Assembly: GCF_004010195.1 (NCBI RefSeq)
Contig: NC_057749.1
Location: forward strand, 13,638,543 to 13,702,542
DNA: 64,000 bases
From: Chiloscyllium plagiosum
Lineage: Eukaryota
Direction of reading: 5' to 3'
Below are positions 13,190 through 25,970 of this stretch, piece by piece. A program made the translations under genes and the position numbers. The notes under the pieces are model-generated. The model saw only the letters and a program-made list of their open reading frames with translations, did no database searches and was not told the origin of the DNA. The first letter of the stretch is position 1. Every line of letters starts with the position of its first letter.

Positions 13190-13445
13190 CCTGGTATTAA
13201 ACAATTCAATGACATTATTTTAAAGAGATGGAGGAAGGTTCTCTCTGTTGCTTTGGCCAATATTTCTCCCTTAACATCACTAAAGCATATTGTCTGGTCA
13301 TTGCCACATTGCTGTTTATGGGACTTTGCAATGCACAAATTGACTGCCACATTTCCTACATATAACAGTAATGATACTTCAAAAGTATTTAATTGTAAAA
13401 TGCTATAGAACATCCTGAGGTGGTGAAAGGCACCATTGAAATGCA
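13190..13445 (+). mobile_element. Deu-domain SINE (SacSINE1-like), 3' part
   Basis: Shares ...cacattgctgtttatgggactttgc..tgcacaaattgactgcc..tttcctaca... with the copies at 17620-17950 and (antisense) 57310-57700. Confidence 0.55.
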
Positions 13446-14218
13446 GCATATTTTAAAATCAATGTTCAATTCTGAAATTTAAAGTGCAAACTGGCAGTCC
13501 ATTAAATGTAAACTGTTGTAATGCATAGTCTGCAAAATTACACTTTTGCACCAAACAATAAAATATAGAGGCATTTTTAAACTAGATTTCAGAATGTGCC
13601 AATAAATAATGAAATGTGATGACTTTAGTGTTGAAAAACAATACATGGTTATTGAACAGTGGTAAATTTTCTTTACAGTGTGCTCCCACCTGTAAGGTAT
13701 TCATTATTTTTCTGAAAAATGAGCTGTTGACAAATGATACAAACTTAATATGAATTTGTCACATTGCTGTTATTGAGTGTCAGCAATTTCTTAGCATCAC
13801 CCACACTAGAGCTCAAGAAATTCCTTCCCTAATGCTCTGTGATCCCTCCTCTTCTTTAAAAATACTCCTTAAAGCCTGCTCTTTTCATCACCTTGCCTAA
13901 TAAAGCATGTAGCAGACTGTCAACTTTAGTTTGATATGCACTTGTCAAGCACCCTGAATGTTTAGCTTGTGTTACAGTTCTTACATAAATGCAAGCCGTC
14001 GTACAAAAGAAAATAAATAATAATATGAGCGGGATTATGTGATTCAGATGTTTGAAACCATTCTGCCATTTAATGAGATCATGGCTGATATTCTACTTCA
14101 ATGCAATTTTCCTGTGGTATCCCCATATCTCTTAAGTTTTAAATATGTAGATTGTTAGTTGTTGTTTAAAGCCCCACCACGATACCTGAGCATGAGTGAT
14201 AGGCCAATGCCAAAGGAT

Positions 14219-14414
14219 GTTAAAAATCACAACACCAAGTTTATTTGAAAGTACAAGCTTTCGAAGTGCTGCTCCTTCGCCAGGTAACTAGTTACCTGAC
14301 AAAGGAACAGCACTTCAAAAGCTTGTACTTTCAAATAAACCTGTTGGACTATAACCTGGTTTTGAGTGATTTTTGACTTTGTCCACCCCAGTCCAACACC
14401 GGCACCTCCACATC
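14219..14414 (+). mobile_element. Penelope-derived hairpin insertion (family B variant)
   Basis: Inverted arms centred on caggtaactagttacctg; tail ctttgtccaccccagtccaacaccggcacctccacatc. Confidence 0.85.
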
Positions 14415-14940
14415 TTTCTGTTGAGATTTTAAACCAAGTCTCCCTCATAGGAACATTTAAGATTTCATGATAGTGGACATTGGAAAGTGCACTGGCCAAT
14501 ATAACATAGTTAAAACACATTATCTAGTCATTTATTAATTGCTATTTGAGAGAGCTTGTTGTATACAAATTGGTTGCCTCGTTTCTTACATCACACTAGT
14601 GACTATATTAACTGATTATAACAAATTAAAGATTACAGAGGTAAGTTGGATGGATAGAGTTAAGATGCAGTTCATCTCTTGAATGATAGAACAAGCTCTA
14701 CAGTCTGCTCTATTCTGTATTTCACTTATTTCTAAGTGGACTAAACAATCAGCTGCTCGGCAACAAAATTCCACTATTCAGGTTCAGGACTCAGTGTAAG
14801 CTATATGGGAATGTCAAAATGGGAATTGAACAGCCACTTTACATTTATTTTGACAGCACTCCCATACTGAATATGATACGTTTATCTTTTGGCTTTGTGA
14901 TATCTGCACCCAGTGGCTATCAAAACCATTGCAGTTTGTA

Positions 14941-15145
14941 CAAAATTAAAAATCACACAACACCAGGTTATAGTCCAACAGATTTAATTAGAAGCACACT
15001 AGCTTTCGGAGCGACGCTTCATCACCTGATGAAGGAGCGTCGCTCCGAAAGCTAGTGTGCTTCCAATTAAACCTGTTGGACTATAACCTGGTGTTGTGTG
15101 ATTTTTAATTTTGTACACCCCAGTCCAACACCGGCATCTCCAAAT
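14941..15145 (+). mobile_element. Young Penelope-derived hairpin insertion (family B) with a 14-bp TSD
   Basis: Arms 14937-15024 and 15027-15117 are near-perfect reverse complements. TSD cattgcagtttgta at 14927-14940 and 15146-15159. Confidence 0.92.
15023..15057 (+). ncRNA. Minimal type I hammerhead ribozyme motif (PLE-associated)
   Basis: cac-CUGAUGA-A-GGAGC(guc)GCUCC-GAAA-GCUA-gug: intact core, stem II, palindromic AGCU stem III and 3-bp stem I. Confidence 0.7.
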
Positions 15146-15334
15146 CATTGCAGTTTGTAGTAACATCAGCCCCACAAGCCAATTCTGGGTTCCGGTTGAA
15201 GTACAGCTTAAAAATTTTTAAATTTTTGGTTTAAATACTCATACACTAATATTGAATCCTAGGCTATATAGATTGAATGCGAAAAATACCCACTGATAGC
15301 AAAGCTATTGTCTTGAACCCTTCACTTCACTGCA

Positions 15335-16075
15335 GCTGACATCTTGAGTTGCTCTCAATCTTGATCAGACAGGCCATTGAGCTAAGAAATGGCAGAAGCA
15401 GTTTAATTTAGTTAAATGTGAGGTTTGTTAAGACAAACCAGGGCAGGTTAATGATCGGGCCCTGGGGACTGTTATTGAACAGAGGGAGCGAAGGGTGCCT
15501 TTATTGGTCAGAGCACTGAGCATAAGAGTTGTGATGTCAAGTTGCAGCTGTACAAGATATTGATGAAGCCATATTTAGAATATTGCATACAATTCTGATC
15601 ACCCTGCAGTAGGAACGATGTTGCTAAACTAGAAAGAATGCAGAAACAATTTACAATGATGTTGCTGGAACTAGAGAGTTTGAGTTTGAAGGAGAAGCTG
15701 GAGTGTTGGAGACTGCGGTATGACCATAAAGAGGTTTATGAGGGACATGGATAGGGTGAATAGCTCAAGTCTTTTTCCAAGGATAGGAGAGTCCAAAACC
15801 AGAAGGCATAGGTTTAAGGTGAGAGAGGAAAGATTTAAAAGGGACCTTAGGGCAACTTTCTCACAGAGGGTGGTGCATATATGGAATGAACTGCCAAAGG
15901 AAGTGGCAGAGGCGGGTAAAATTACAACATGTAAAAGATATTTGGACAGATACATGAATAGGAAAGGTTTAGAGAACTTGGGCCAACCGCAGGCAAATGG
16001 GACTAGTTCAGTTTGGGATACCTGGTCAACATGGATGAGATGGATTGCAGGGTCTGTTTCCATGCTTTTTGGCTC
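15335..16075 (+). mobile_element. CR1 LINE 3' fragment
   Basis: ORF 15720..16130 (RGHRFKV-like, FSQRVVHIWNELP, KRYLDRYM) is the CR1 ORF2 C-terminus, followed by the 3' UTR. Confidence 0.88.
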
Positions 16076-17619
16076 TAATTTCTTGCTTGTTTTGTGTATA
16101 TACCAAGTTATTTCCTTCCACAAAGATTGAGTAAATTTTACTATCAAACATAGTCACATGTTCATTGTACATTTATAAGCCTGTATGAGTATTTACATAG
16201 CAACAATTAGTTTACTGATGTGAGATTATTTTGTTCACTATTTTAGCAGAAATGTTGTAATGGATATTACTATTTTAACTACAAATCAGTGTCCTTGATT
16301 TAGTCTATTTCAGCCCAAAACATAAGTCCCCTCAGAGCACAGGGATGAAATTATGGATATGACTAAACAGATCACCAACCTCTGGAACATTTGGAGGCTG
16401 ATCTAGTGGGATAAGACTGTGGTTTATGGGACAGTGCAGATTAGTATCAGAGGTTTGAAGTGCAGACTTCAGTATATTTTAGTAGGAAGATGCTGAGGAC
16501 AGATGGTGAGGAAGGGACAGAGGTTAGATCATTGAGTTTTTAAATTACATGGCAAGCTGTCTATTACACAAGGCAGACAGTCTGAGAGCAGGTTACCTGC
16601 CTCCTCCTTGTGATGTGTGACATGGGAAGGTGGAGCAGGGGAAGGAAAAGCTTCAGTGCCTTACATATGTAAATTCTGGAAGATTTTTCCAGCACAATCC
16701 AAACTTGGAACACAAACTGCTAATTACCATTAAACACTGAGGTAATCTTAGTTATTTGTTAATACTTAGAGTCATCAGGCAACTACTTGACTGTGCGTTC
16801 TTAAGCCTATAACAGAGGTAACTCTGACCTGTCTAATGGCAAACAAATATTAAGAAATCTGATTTTACCACATTGGGCTTATACTACCTACTCTGGGGGC
16901 AATATCAAAATAAAATTAATTCGCTTGCTATGGACTGTACCAAGTCAACCTAGAGAGTCTCAGAATTTTTACAGTACTGAAGGAGCCCCTTTCATCCATC
17001 AGGTATCTATCTATTCTCATCCCATTTTCCTGTACTTAGCCCACAGACTTGCATGTTGTAGCATTTCAAGTGTTCATCTAAGTATTTACTATTAATAAGT
17101 ATAGGTAAATAGGTATAGAACTGAAAACCACAGAATACAGGTGAACACTTCCTGTGATGCATTGTGGTTGCTCTCCCTCAACCTGACCTTTGGGAACCAC
17201 AAAAGGTAAAATGACCTCAAAGGTCATTTTGGAAAGTCAGTTTGCTCAAAGGAACCACTGTGGTCATTAAGAAAGCCCCCGAGTGAAAAACTTAATGAAA
17301 CTGAACCTCCCAATGGTCTCATCATTACCGCAATACTATTCTTTCAATTTTATTACTGGCAATGTTTTTGTTAGCTGTTTTGCAATCCTCCGGTTACAAA
17401 TTCTGTGCTCACACATTAAAGTCAATTGAATAGATGCAGAACATTTCTCCCTGCCAACAACTATGGGGAAATCATGCCATTGCATTTCCTGTGTAAACCT
17501 ACTGCTGTAACATTATCTTATTTAAACAACTAGCTGCGCCTGGAATGTTTGAGGGTTCAATACTGGGTCCCGAGATGCAGAGAGATTCCTCCGGCTTCAA
17601 CATAAAATCTGGCTCCATA

Positions 17620-17950
17620 TAATACTCCAGTGGTACATGTGATGTTTTTCAAATAAGATATTGACCTGAGGTACCATCTTTGTTCTCAGGCAAGTGAAAG
17701 GTCCCATGATACTATTAAAAGAATGACTGGGAGAGTTCATCCTGGGGGTCAATATTGAGCACTCAGACAATATCACAAACGTGGATTATCTGGTTGTTAT
17801 CACACCGCTGTCTATGGGTGTTTGCTGTGTACAAATTGTCCTCTTAAGTTTACTGTATTGGAACAGTAACTACCCTCCAAAAATAGATTGTTGGCTGTAA
17901 AGCACTTTGAGACATTAAATGATTGTGGAAAGTGCTTTATAATTACAAGC
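17620..17950 (+). mobile_element. Deu-domain SINE (SacSINE1-like)
   Basis: Degenerate Deu core (tctcaggcaagtgaaaggtcccatgatactatt) and the shared 3' region. Confidence 0.55.
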
Positions 17951-18368
17951 TATTATTTTTCTTCTAATTGCATGACATTTAAGAACTTTTGCTTCAGAAA
18001 ATAACCCAAGGGAAATCATATCGAAATGTGTAAGCATGGTTACATGTAGTATTCAAATAAGTATTCTTAGTCAACCTTTTGGACACATTTTATACAGTTC
18101 TGTGGTAGGTGGGAAATGAACTTGAAGCTTCTCGTCCAAATGTGGGGACACAAACCTGCATCACAAAACCCCTTAAGGGGCTCTTATAAGCAACCTGTGT
18201 GCTCTCATAAAAGGAATGGAAACAGGTGAAAATCATTTACTTGGGTAGAAGTAAGAGTGGTGGATATAGTACCTGTTCTTTTCAGTTTAACAGAAGCCCT
18301 ATCTGAAGGGCTAAATACTAAGTTGATTTTTGGGACAGGGAGATGGGAAGGGGCTTGTAAGAGGATAT

Positions 18369-18467
18369 TGTGGCACAGTGGTAATGTTCCTACCTCTGGG
18401 CCAGAGGGTCTGGGTTCAAGTCCGATCTGGCCCTGAAGTATGTCATAACCAGTGTGAACAGTTGATT
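18369..18467 (+). mobile_element. Short tRNA-derived SINE
   Basis: A-box-like tggcacagtgg and B-box-like gggttcaagtcc. Related copies at 58135-58235 (+) and 46440-46530 (-). Confidence 0.6.
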
Positions 18468-19454
18468 TAATTTAATAACAGAAATTGAAATCTCTTTATT
18501 GGAAGTTGCCTCCCATTTGGTTTTACATCAGTAATTTCTACAATGTAAACCAAGTATCAAAAATAAAATCCGCTCATTTCCGTACCATGATGTGGAGACC
18601 TAAGATAATACTGTTTTCTGTGAATTTTCATAGGTAATATCAGAACTCCAGCCACATCTTAACTCCTTTTGAAACACATTTGGCTTTGAACTTGGCAAAC
18701 AGCCTCGCCACTTCTTAAAATGGTCTGTAATGTTAAAGCTTTGTACAATTGCATAAAATATATCAGCACTTGGTTAGTCACAGTTTTATCAAAGTGCAGC
18801 AAAGTATTACGCTAAAGCATTCTCATCTCATGACTTGACAAGAAACTAAAATGCCAATTTGTTCACCTTCAAAGTGGAAACACAAAGGCATTGAACCTAC
18901 ATCTTAATACACATCTGACTATGGAAAGAATCCAAAGTGTGCTACCAATGTTATATTTAGGTCAAAATTATACAACCACAAAAATTAAAAGAGACTCTTC
19001 ATTCCAGCATTTTTAGGAAGTAATAAAGCACATTTCTGTATTGGGTTCAGATTTGGTAATGGTGGAAAAGGACATTCAGATATAATTCTGTCAAACTGCA
19101 CAGAACCAGTAGCTTGACTCATAGCCTTGAGATATTCTGGAAAAAAAAAGAACCTTGGCAGTTTGTAATGATGCAAGTGGCTATAATTAGAGAAAGTATC
19201 AAGCAGTAGTTGTACAGGACATCTCCATTTGCAAGCCAATCTTTGTTTTGTTTGTTCTTCTTCTGATACAAATTATACGTGAAGGTCAATCAGGGTCAAA
19301 TTTCTTTTTGCCTCTTTTTATCAGTCCATGGTGTAAAACTGAGGGGTACGGGGAATGAAGCTTCATGGAGAATTTCTGCTCTGGGAGATGGATACACCAT
19401 TGTCAACCATTTGAGAGAAGGTGATGCTTGCTAGCCTGTGAATGAAATCATCGA

Positions 19455-19586
19455 GGAGAAAGTGAGGTCTGCAGATGCTGGAGATCAAAGTTGAAACTTT
19501 ATTGCTGGAACAGCACAGCAGGTCAGGCAGCATCCAGGGAACAGGAGATTCGACGTTTCGGGCACAGGCCCTTCTTCAGGAATGAG
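19455..19586 (-). mobile_element. Young Penelope-like element 3' terminus (family A)
   Basis: ggagaaagtgaggtctgcagatgctggagatc...cgacgtttcgggcacaggcccttcttcaggaatgag. Homologous to 55024-55155 and 47478-47596; CpGs retained. Confidence 0.85.
19548..19583 (-). ncRNA. Minimal type I hammerhead ribozyme motif on the SCAPER sense strand
   Basis: Minus strand: auuc-CUGAAGA-A-GGGC(cugu)GCCC-GAAA-CGUC-gaau. Intact core, GUC cleavage triplet, 4-bp stems I and II, palindromic ACGU stem III. Confidence 0.72.
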
Positions 19587-19604
19587 CAGAGAGTGTTCAG
19601 CAGG

Positions 19605-20050
19605 ACCAAGTGGAAAATGAAGTGTTGTTCTTTGAACTTGCGTTAAGGAACACTGCAACAGATCTGGGACAGAAATGTTGGTGTAGGAACACAGTGGTGT
19701 GTTGAAGTGGAGGCAGTGGGAAACTCTGGGTCATGTTTTACAGACAGAGTGTAGGTGTTCAGCAAAGCGGTCATCAAATCTGTGTTTCATCTCCCCCGAT
19801 ATACAGGAGACCACATTCTGAGCAGTGAATGAAATAAATGAGTTGAGAGAAGTGCAGGTAAGCTGCTGCTTCACCTGGAAGGTGTGCCTGAGGCCTTGGA
19901 TACTGAGGTTGGAGGAAGTAAATCGGCAAGTAAGTCACCTTGTGCAAGACCAACCCCTTCCCACAAACGTCACTTCAATATATTACCACCTTTCCTGAGC
20001 TGTTAACAGTTCTGATGAAGAATCGCCAGACTCGAAATATTATCTTGCTT
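19605..20050 (-). mobile_element. Older Penelope-like element fragment (GIY-YIG region) with an inverted tail
   Basis: Antisense of ..CSECGLLYIGEMKHRFDDRFAEHL.. at about 19750-19825. Degenerate plus-strand hammerhead ctgatgaagaatcgccagactcgaaatat at 20012-20040. Confidence 0.7.
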
Positions 20051-20051
20051 T

Positions 20052-21226
20052 CAAAGAACACAGAACATTACAGCACAGTCCAGGCTCTCTGACCCTCAAT
20101 GTTGTGCTGACCTGTGAAACCAGCCTGAAGCTGAACTAACCTGCATTGTTGCATTATCATCCATATGTTTATCCAATGGCCATTTAAAAAGACATTAAAG
20201 TCGGTGAGTCTACTACAGTTGCAGGCAGGGAGTTTCACGCCATTACTACTCTCTGAGTAAAGAAACTACCCCTCTGACATCTGTCCTATATCTATCACCG
20301 CTCAATTTAAAGCTATGTCCTCTCATGCTAGCCATCACTATCCGAGGAAAACGTCTCTCTCTGCTAACACTATCTAATCCTCTGATCATCTTTCACATCT
20401 CTATTAAGTCACCTCTCAACCTCTTCCTTCTAACGAAAACAGCCTCAGGTCACTCAGTCTTTCCTCAGAAGACCTTCCTTCCATACCAGACAATATCCTC
20501 ATAAATCTCCTCTGCATCTTTTCCAAAACTTACACATCCTTCCTATAATGTGGTAACCAGAACTGTACGCAATACTCCAAGTGCGGCCACACCATAGTTT
20601 CCTACAGCTGCAACATAACCCCATGGTTCATATGCCTTCTTAACAATCCTATTAACCTGGGTGGCAACTTTCAGGGATCTATGTACATGGACACGGAGAT
20701 CTTTCTGCTCATCCACACTGCAAGAACCTTACCATTACCCCAGTACTCTGTATTACTGTTACTTCTTCCAAAATGAATCACCTCACACTTTTCTGCATTA
20801 AACTCCATTTGCCACCTTTCAGCCCAACTCTGCAGCTTATCTATGTCCCTCTGTAAGCAGCAATATCCTTCAGCACTGTCCACAGCTCGACCGACCTTAG
20901 AGTCATTTGTAAATTTACTAACCCATCCTTCTACGCCATCATCCAGGTCATGTATAAAAATGACAAACAGCAGTGGCCCCTAAACAGATCCTTATGGTAT
21001 ACCACTAATAACTGAACACCAGGATGAACATTTGCCACCACCACTCTCTGTCTTCTTTCAGCTAACCAATTTCTGATTCATACCACTAAATCACCCTCAA
21101 TCCCATACCTCCATATTTACTGCAACAGCTTACCATGGGGAACCTTATCAAACGCTTTACTGAAATCCATGTACACCACATCAACCACTATACCCTCATT
21201 CATCTTCTCAACCATCTCAATAAGCT
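20052..21226 (-). mobile_element. CR1 LINE 3' part (RT domain to 3' tail), second subfamily
   Basis: ORF remnants VDVVYMDFSKAFDKVPHG and LQRDIDKLQSWAERWQMEFNAEKCEVIHFG; tail agaacattacagcacag. Confidence 0.92.
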
Positions 21227-23108
21227 TTGCGAGGCACGAGATAGGTCGGAGGGGAAGGTGGAGTGGATAGGTGGGAAGGAAGATGGACAAGTAGGACAGG
21301 TCAAGAGGGCAGTGCCGAGTTGGAAGGTTGGATCTGGGATGAGGTGGGGGAGGAGAAATTTGGAAACCAGTGAAGTCAATGTTGTGCCGTGTGGTTGAAG
21401 GGTCCCAAGGCAGAGGATGAGGCGTTCTTCCTCCAGCCGTCACGTGGCTTGAATTTGGCAGTGGAGGTTACCCAGGATGTGCATGTTCTTGGAGGAACTG
21501 GGAGTGGGGGTGGGAGTGGGAATGGGAGAGGGAGTTGATGTTGTCAGCCACAGGGCAGTGGGTTGTTTAGTGCACATATCCAAGAGGTGTTCCCTGAAAT
21601 ACTTCGTAAATTGGTGCCCTGTCTCTCCGATGTAGAGAAGGTCACATCGAGAGCAATGGACACAGCAGATGAGGTGGGTGGGTGTGCAGAGAAATCATTA
21701 CCAGATGTGAAAAGATCTTTTGGGGTCTTGGATGGAGGTGAGGGGGGAGGTATGGGTGCAGGTTTTACACCTCTTGCAGTGGGAAGGGAAGGTGCCAGGT
21801 GTGGACCTAATGAGGGAGCCACGCAAGGAATGGTCTCTGTGGAACACAGATAGGTAGGGATGGGAGGGAAATATATCTCTGGTGGTAGGGTCTGATTGTA
21901 GGTGGCAGATATGGCAGAGGGTAATGTGCTGTTTCCGGAGATTAGTGGGATGGAAGGTGAGGACCAAGAGGGTTCTATCCTTGTAGCAGTTGGAGGGTTG
22001 AGTTCAAAGGCGGAGGTGTAGAAAGTGGAGGAGATGCACTGGAAGGCATTGCTGATCACGTGGGAGGGGAAATTGTGGTCTTTGAAATAGGAGACCATCT
22101 GGGATGTTCTGGAGTGGAATTGCATCTCCAGGGAGTAGATACGGGCTAAGCGGTGGAATTGGGATTGAGGGATCACATTTTTACAGGAGTCGGGGGAGGG
22201 AGAAGGTGTAGACCAGGTGGCTGTGGTATTCGGTAGGCTTGAAATAGCTGTCTATTTTGAGTCGGTCATGGGAAATGGAGACAGAGAGGTCCAGGAAGGG
22301 GAAGGAGGTGTCCAAGATGAACTTTAGGTCAGGATGGAAGTTGTTAGTGAAGTTGATGAACAGTTCAACCTCCTTGTGGGAGCATGAGGTGGTGCCGATA
22401 CAGTCATCATACATACAGCGGAGGAAAAGGTGTGAGATGGTGCCGGTGTAACTGCAGAGGATGGACTGTTCCACGTATGCTATGAAGAGGCAAGCATAGC
22501 TGGGAGTTATAAAGGTGCCCATGACTGCCCCTGTGGTCTGAAGATAGTGGGAGGATTCAAAAAAGAAATTGTTGAGGATGAGGAACTGCCAATCAAATGA
22601 GTGTGTTGGTGGAGGGGTACTGGTTGGGTCAGTGGGAGAGGAAGAAACGGAGGGCTTAGAGGCCTTTGCCATGGCGGTTGGATGCATATAGGGACTGGAT
22701 GTCCATGGTGAAGATGAGGCATTGGAGACTGGGGAAGCAAAGCTCATGGAGAAGGTGGAGGGTGTATGTAAGTGGGGAGCTTCAGGGCCAAGGGGACAGG
22801 ATGGCGTTGAGATATGAGGAGATACGTTTGGTGGGGCAGGAGCAGGCAGAGACAATAGATTGACTGGGGCAGTCAGGTTTGTGGATTTTGGGTAAGAGGT
22901 AGAACCAGGCAGTCTGGGCTTGCGGAACTATGAAGTTGATGGCTATGGATGGGAGATCCCCTGAGGTGATGAGGTTGTGGATGGTTTGGGAGATGATGGT
23001 TTGGTGATGGGAGGTAAGGTCATGGTTGAGGGAGTGTTAGGAGAAGGTGTCTGTGAGTTGGCGCCTGGCTTCGGCGATGTAGAGGTCAGTGCGTCAAACT
23101 ACCACTGT
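21227..23108 (-). mobile_element. Neptune-type Penelope-like retroelement, frameshifted RT plus GIY-YIG (family A)
   Basis: ORF remnants YLQTTGAVMGT..PSYACLF, MYDDCIG, FLDLSVSI, YFKPT, IPQSQFHRLARIYS and the linker HCKRCKTC. Confidence 0.9.
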
Positions 23109-25122
23109 TTACCACCCCTGCCCCCCAGTACACGGTTGTCAAATGTGGACCATAGAAGATTTTTTCAGAAGTATGGAACCATTAGAGTTGTTAAATTTGC
23201 TCATGGTGAGTTAATATCCTGTAATGTTCTGATGTCTTTCTCACTCTGAAAACAGTAAGAAATGTAAATGGAGAGGTTTGCTCTGAATTCTAGGTCAAAA
23301 CAATAATCCAATTTATAGTACTTGAGAATGGTGAGCCAGAGTGAAAGTTACCCAGCTGTGTTATTTTGAACCATCAGTCAAGTTTCAAAGACAATCGGTA
23401 CATATAAAGACTGGACAGAAAAATTGTAAAATGATGTGAGTGCATCAAACAACTCATACACATGCCACAATTGCAAACTGTGCCAGTACTGGACTGAGCA
23501 AAACTGAATTAGCCACCCCACCAGAGTATATGGTGGTGGAATACCACAGATTTCACCTAATCGTATCCTTCTGAAACCTACTCTAGCAACTCAACTTTTC
23601 AGTTACTGTTCTCAGAGGAAGCCTGCCAAAGTCTTTCACGAGATCCAGTTTATTTTTTATTCTTTAGTATGTAATTCATTAAACAACCTTTACAAAATGC
23701 ATTTCCCCTCAGAACCTGGGCAGGCAACCAATTCCAATACCACTCTGTGGACTGTTCATAACAATGGTTGGAAGATGCTCTCTCCTGTCTTGCTCTGGGA
23801 AAGTTGGGCAATCTTGATATGATTCCACTGTCCCACATTACACTTCACATACCTGACACTGCACATTTGCTGTATGGAGAATTATACCATAATCGTATGT
23901 CCAAATACACTTTGAAGCAACACCTTGATACAGAACTGTTGAACCTCTTTATATCTCTTTTATCTTTTTGTCTTTTAAACAAACATTTCTAAAATCTGTC
24001 AAATACGTAATTTTACATGGTCAGAGAAAGCAAATATAAAGGGTGCTTTTGGAAATTTGGGGATATCTATATTTGTTATTTGACATGTATTACTTTTCAA
24101 TACTGCTACAGCCTACAAAAGCTCACTTCCTCTAGTCACACAAAGCAACACATAGCAGATGCAATGTACAAAGTAATACATTAATGCCAGAATTTCTTTG
24201 AAGAGAAAGGATAATAGGGGTTCATGTCGAAAGGGAAGGATTTTTCATACTTGCTGGTAGACAGTTTCACTTTAAGGATGTAAGATCTGCATTATTTCCC
24301 TGTGCACATTCATAAACAGAACCCGAGGCAGAGGCACTGAATCAGCAGAATATGTCACAATTTGGGCCTTTTTCCTGCTCTTAGATCAATTCTACATTGC
24401 TTTATTGTTCCGCCAGTGCTTACATTAGCACTGAGATGCAAAGGCTGTTCCACAGCCTCTAAATAATAAGGTTCATGTAATGTTTTGAAACTTGTATGAA
24501 TGTTTCTCCAGCATATGATTGACAAGATAGAGGGGGAGGGAATGCAAAAAATAAAACCTTATTTCAGACTAGAAAGAGCTACATTTCTGTACTTAAAAGA
24601 AATTGTAATTTTTTCAATATTAAAATATTTAACATGACTGAGATTTGATCCCTGGCTTAAATCAACTCAGCTGAGTTCAGATGAAACAACAGATGGGAGG
24701 GTTACAAATATCCTTCAGCCCGGGAGAAGTAAATTAGCCAGGAAATGATTGCCATGCAGTAACCTTTGCTGGGAAAAGGAAGGAGGCTGTTTGAAGACAT
24801 CAGGATTATGGTTAACTGTGTTGCTTCCAATGAAAAATGAGTCTGCCGATACTCACTGTCTGAACATGCATATGTTGAATGGCTATGGGGGTGACATACC
24901 AGAGACCTGTACCACACTAAAGCAAAGTTTAGTGGCTTCAAGAGACTGAAAGAATAAAAGATTGGATATCCACCTGCATAATATGGAATCACGGTGGAAT
25001 GCAGACATCAGCATTGGATGAAATATATTTGTTCAAAAATTCAATTTCCTAATTAATTCAACCATTTTCAAGTGACAGAAGCCAATCATTCAGAAATACT
25101 ATGTTTTTCTGGTGGACAGTGA

Positions 25123-25420
25123 GAGCCTTTTTCCCAGGATGGTGATGGCTAGCACAAGGGGGCATAGCTTCAAACTGAGAGATGATAGATATAGGACAGA
25201 TGTCATAGGTAGTTTCTTTACTTGAGAGTAGTAGGGACGTGGAACACACTGCCTGCAACTGTTGTAGATTTGCTAACTTTATGGGCATTTAAATGGTCAT
25301 TGGACAGGTTATGGATGAGAATGGAATAGTGTAGGTTAAATGGGCTTCAGGTTGGTTTCACAGGACAGCGCAACATTGAGGATCGAAGGGCCTGTACTGC
25401 GCTGTAATGTTCTACGTTTT
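25123..25420 (+). mobile_element. CR1 LINE 3' fragment (same subfamily as 20052-21226)
   Basis: Reverse-complement match to 20060-20360. Confidence 0.85.
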
Positions 25421-25970
25421 ATTTAGTCCATTTTATATTTTTGAAGGTCATAATTCCACAATCTGGCATATTCTAAACAATTAAAAATTGAAAGGATACC
25501 TCAAGGAGAGTAACTGGATTGCTCTTTGAAATAGTTTGGATAGATTCAATGGGCTGAATGGCCTCCTTCTTTGCTGTACTTACTATTCTGTGATTTTATA
25601 AGGCAATTAGACCATCACTGTCATTCTAAATTTGAATCTGGCAGCACTGTTTTCTTAACAATCTTGCCAGTCTTCCACCTGACCTCTTTTATTTGGCTGG
25701 TAAAGGCACGCCCAAGACATGAGAATGCTTAAGAAAGAAGTGTCTGTACGTGGTAAGTGTGAAGGTTAGCCATCAGGAGAAAGATGAGGGTCAGTCTGAT
25801 TTTCACCCAACGAATGTGTTTTTGGCTGTCATGCAATGCCTCTCTGGACAGGACAGAGATTCTGCACTATGAAAGAATATCCTTAAATTGTGGCATTGTA
25901 TATCACATTTATATGTTGACCTTTGTTACTTGATACATTCAGAGTTCATTTTGTTGAATAGAGTTGAATC

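Noticed and set aside
14937..15117. Hairpins as pre-miRNAs, MITEs, terminators or CRISPR-like repeats
   Set aside because: The arms match PLE 3' ends and have variable-length TSDs and an asymmetric tail. There is no repeat-spacer array, and the DNA is vertebrate.
18169..18180. Palindrome ccccttaagggg
   Set aside because: Only 12 bp; expected by chance in 64 kb.
18369..18467. tRNA genes at A/B-box-like sequences (also 39376, 47085, 48427, 58135)
   Set aside because: No complete cloverleaf; each continues into SINE body sequence.
21498..21535. G-rich tandem (gggagt)n, potential G-quadruplex
   Set aside because: A local slippage expansion inside a dead PLE; no evidence of function.
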